Assembly (NCBI GenBank): GCA_035221665.1
Contig: CM069162.1
Span: forward strand, 15,624,001-15,688,000
DNA: 64,000 nt
Direction of reading: 5' to 3'
Source of the DNA: Okamejei kenojei
Taxonomy: Eukaryota
Below the pieces are notes generated by a model. That model saw only the letters and a list, made by a program, of their open reading frames with translations. It was not told where the DNA came from and made no database searches. Below are positions 63,732-64,000 of this stretch, one piece after another (the stretch's first letter is position 1; each line of letters begins with the position of its first letter). A program made the translations under genes and the position numbers.

Positions 63732-63952
63732 AGACATAAAATGCTGGAGTAACTCAGCGGGGCAGGCAGCATCTTTCGATAGAAGGAATGGGTGATGTTT
63801 TGGGTCGAATCTCGAGACTTAGTCTGAAGAAGGATCTCGACCCAAAACGTCACCCATTCCTTCTATCCAGTGATGCTGCCTGTCTCGCTGACTTACTCCG
63901 ACATTTTGTGTCTATCTTTGGTGTAAACCAGCATCTGCAGTTCCTTCCTACA
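63732..63952. repeat. Inverted pair of Penelope-like terminal repeats (fold-back hairpin)
   Basis: Arm about 63732-63808 is complementary to about 63837-63912. Confidence 0.82.
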
Positions 63953-64000
63953 CATGCTGATGTAGATATTGGGTATGACATCTAACTGATGCCAAAATAT

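Noticed and set aside
1-64000. CRISPR arrays, operons or prokaryotic systems
   Set aside because: No regularly spaced repeat-spacer array; the sequence is an intron-rich vertebrate gene

Overview
Vertebrate genomic DNA, very probably a cartilaginous fish (skate/ray/shark), inferred from the repeat content. The whole window lies inside the perlecan gene HSPG2 on the + strand. I traced 17 canonical GT-AG exons (9782-60963) encoding the end of domain III (laminin EGF-like repeats plus the third laminin IV/L4 module) and the first three Ig repeats of domain IV; the gene start and end are outside the window. Introns hold CR1-type LINE 3' fragments, tRNA-derived HE1-like SINEs, Penelope-like element remnants with hammerhead-ribozyme-like cores, and PIF/Harbinger- and Tigger-like MITEs. 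Most interesting: (1) a chain of five extra phase-0 exons in the 13.6-kb intron inside the L4 module, encoding a furin-type site (RIRR), a CxxC/basic peptide, a 100-aa Ser/Pro-rich segment, a linker and a second copy of the L4 'YWxLP..GxK' segment, none of which I recall from mammalian perlecan; (2) a basic ORF at 3-503 that looks like an alternative last exon; (3) an apparent frameshift at the start of exon 15352; (4) a candidate 54-nt cassette exon in the Ig2-Ig3 linker. Homology calls rest on my recall of human perlecan and repeat consensus motifs; no searches were run, and repeat boundaries are approximate.
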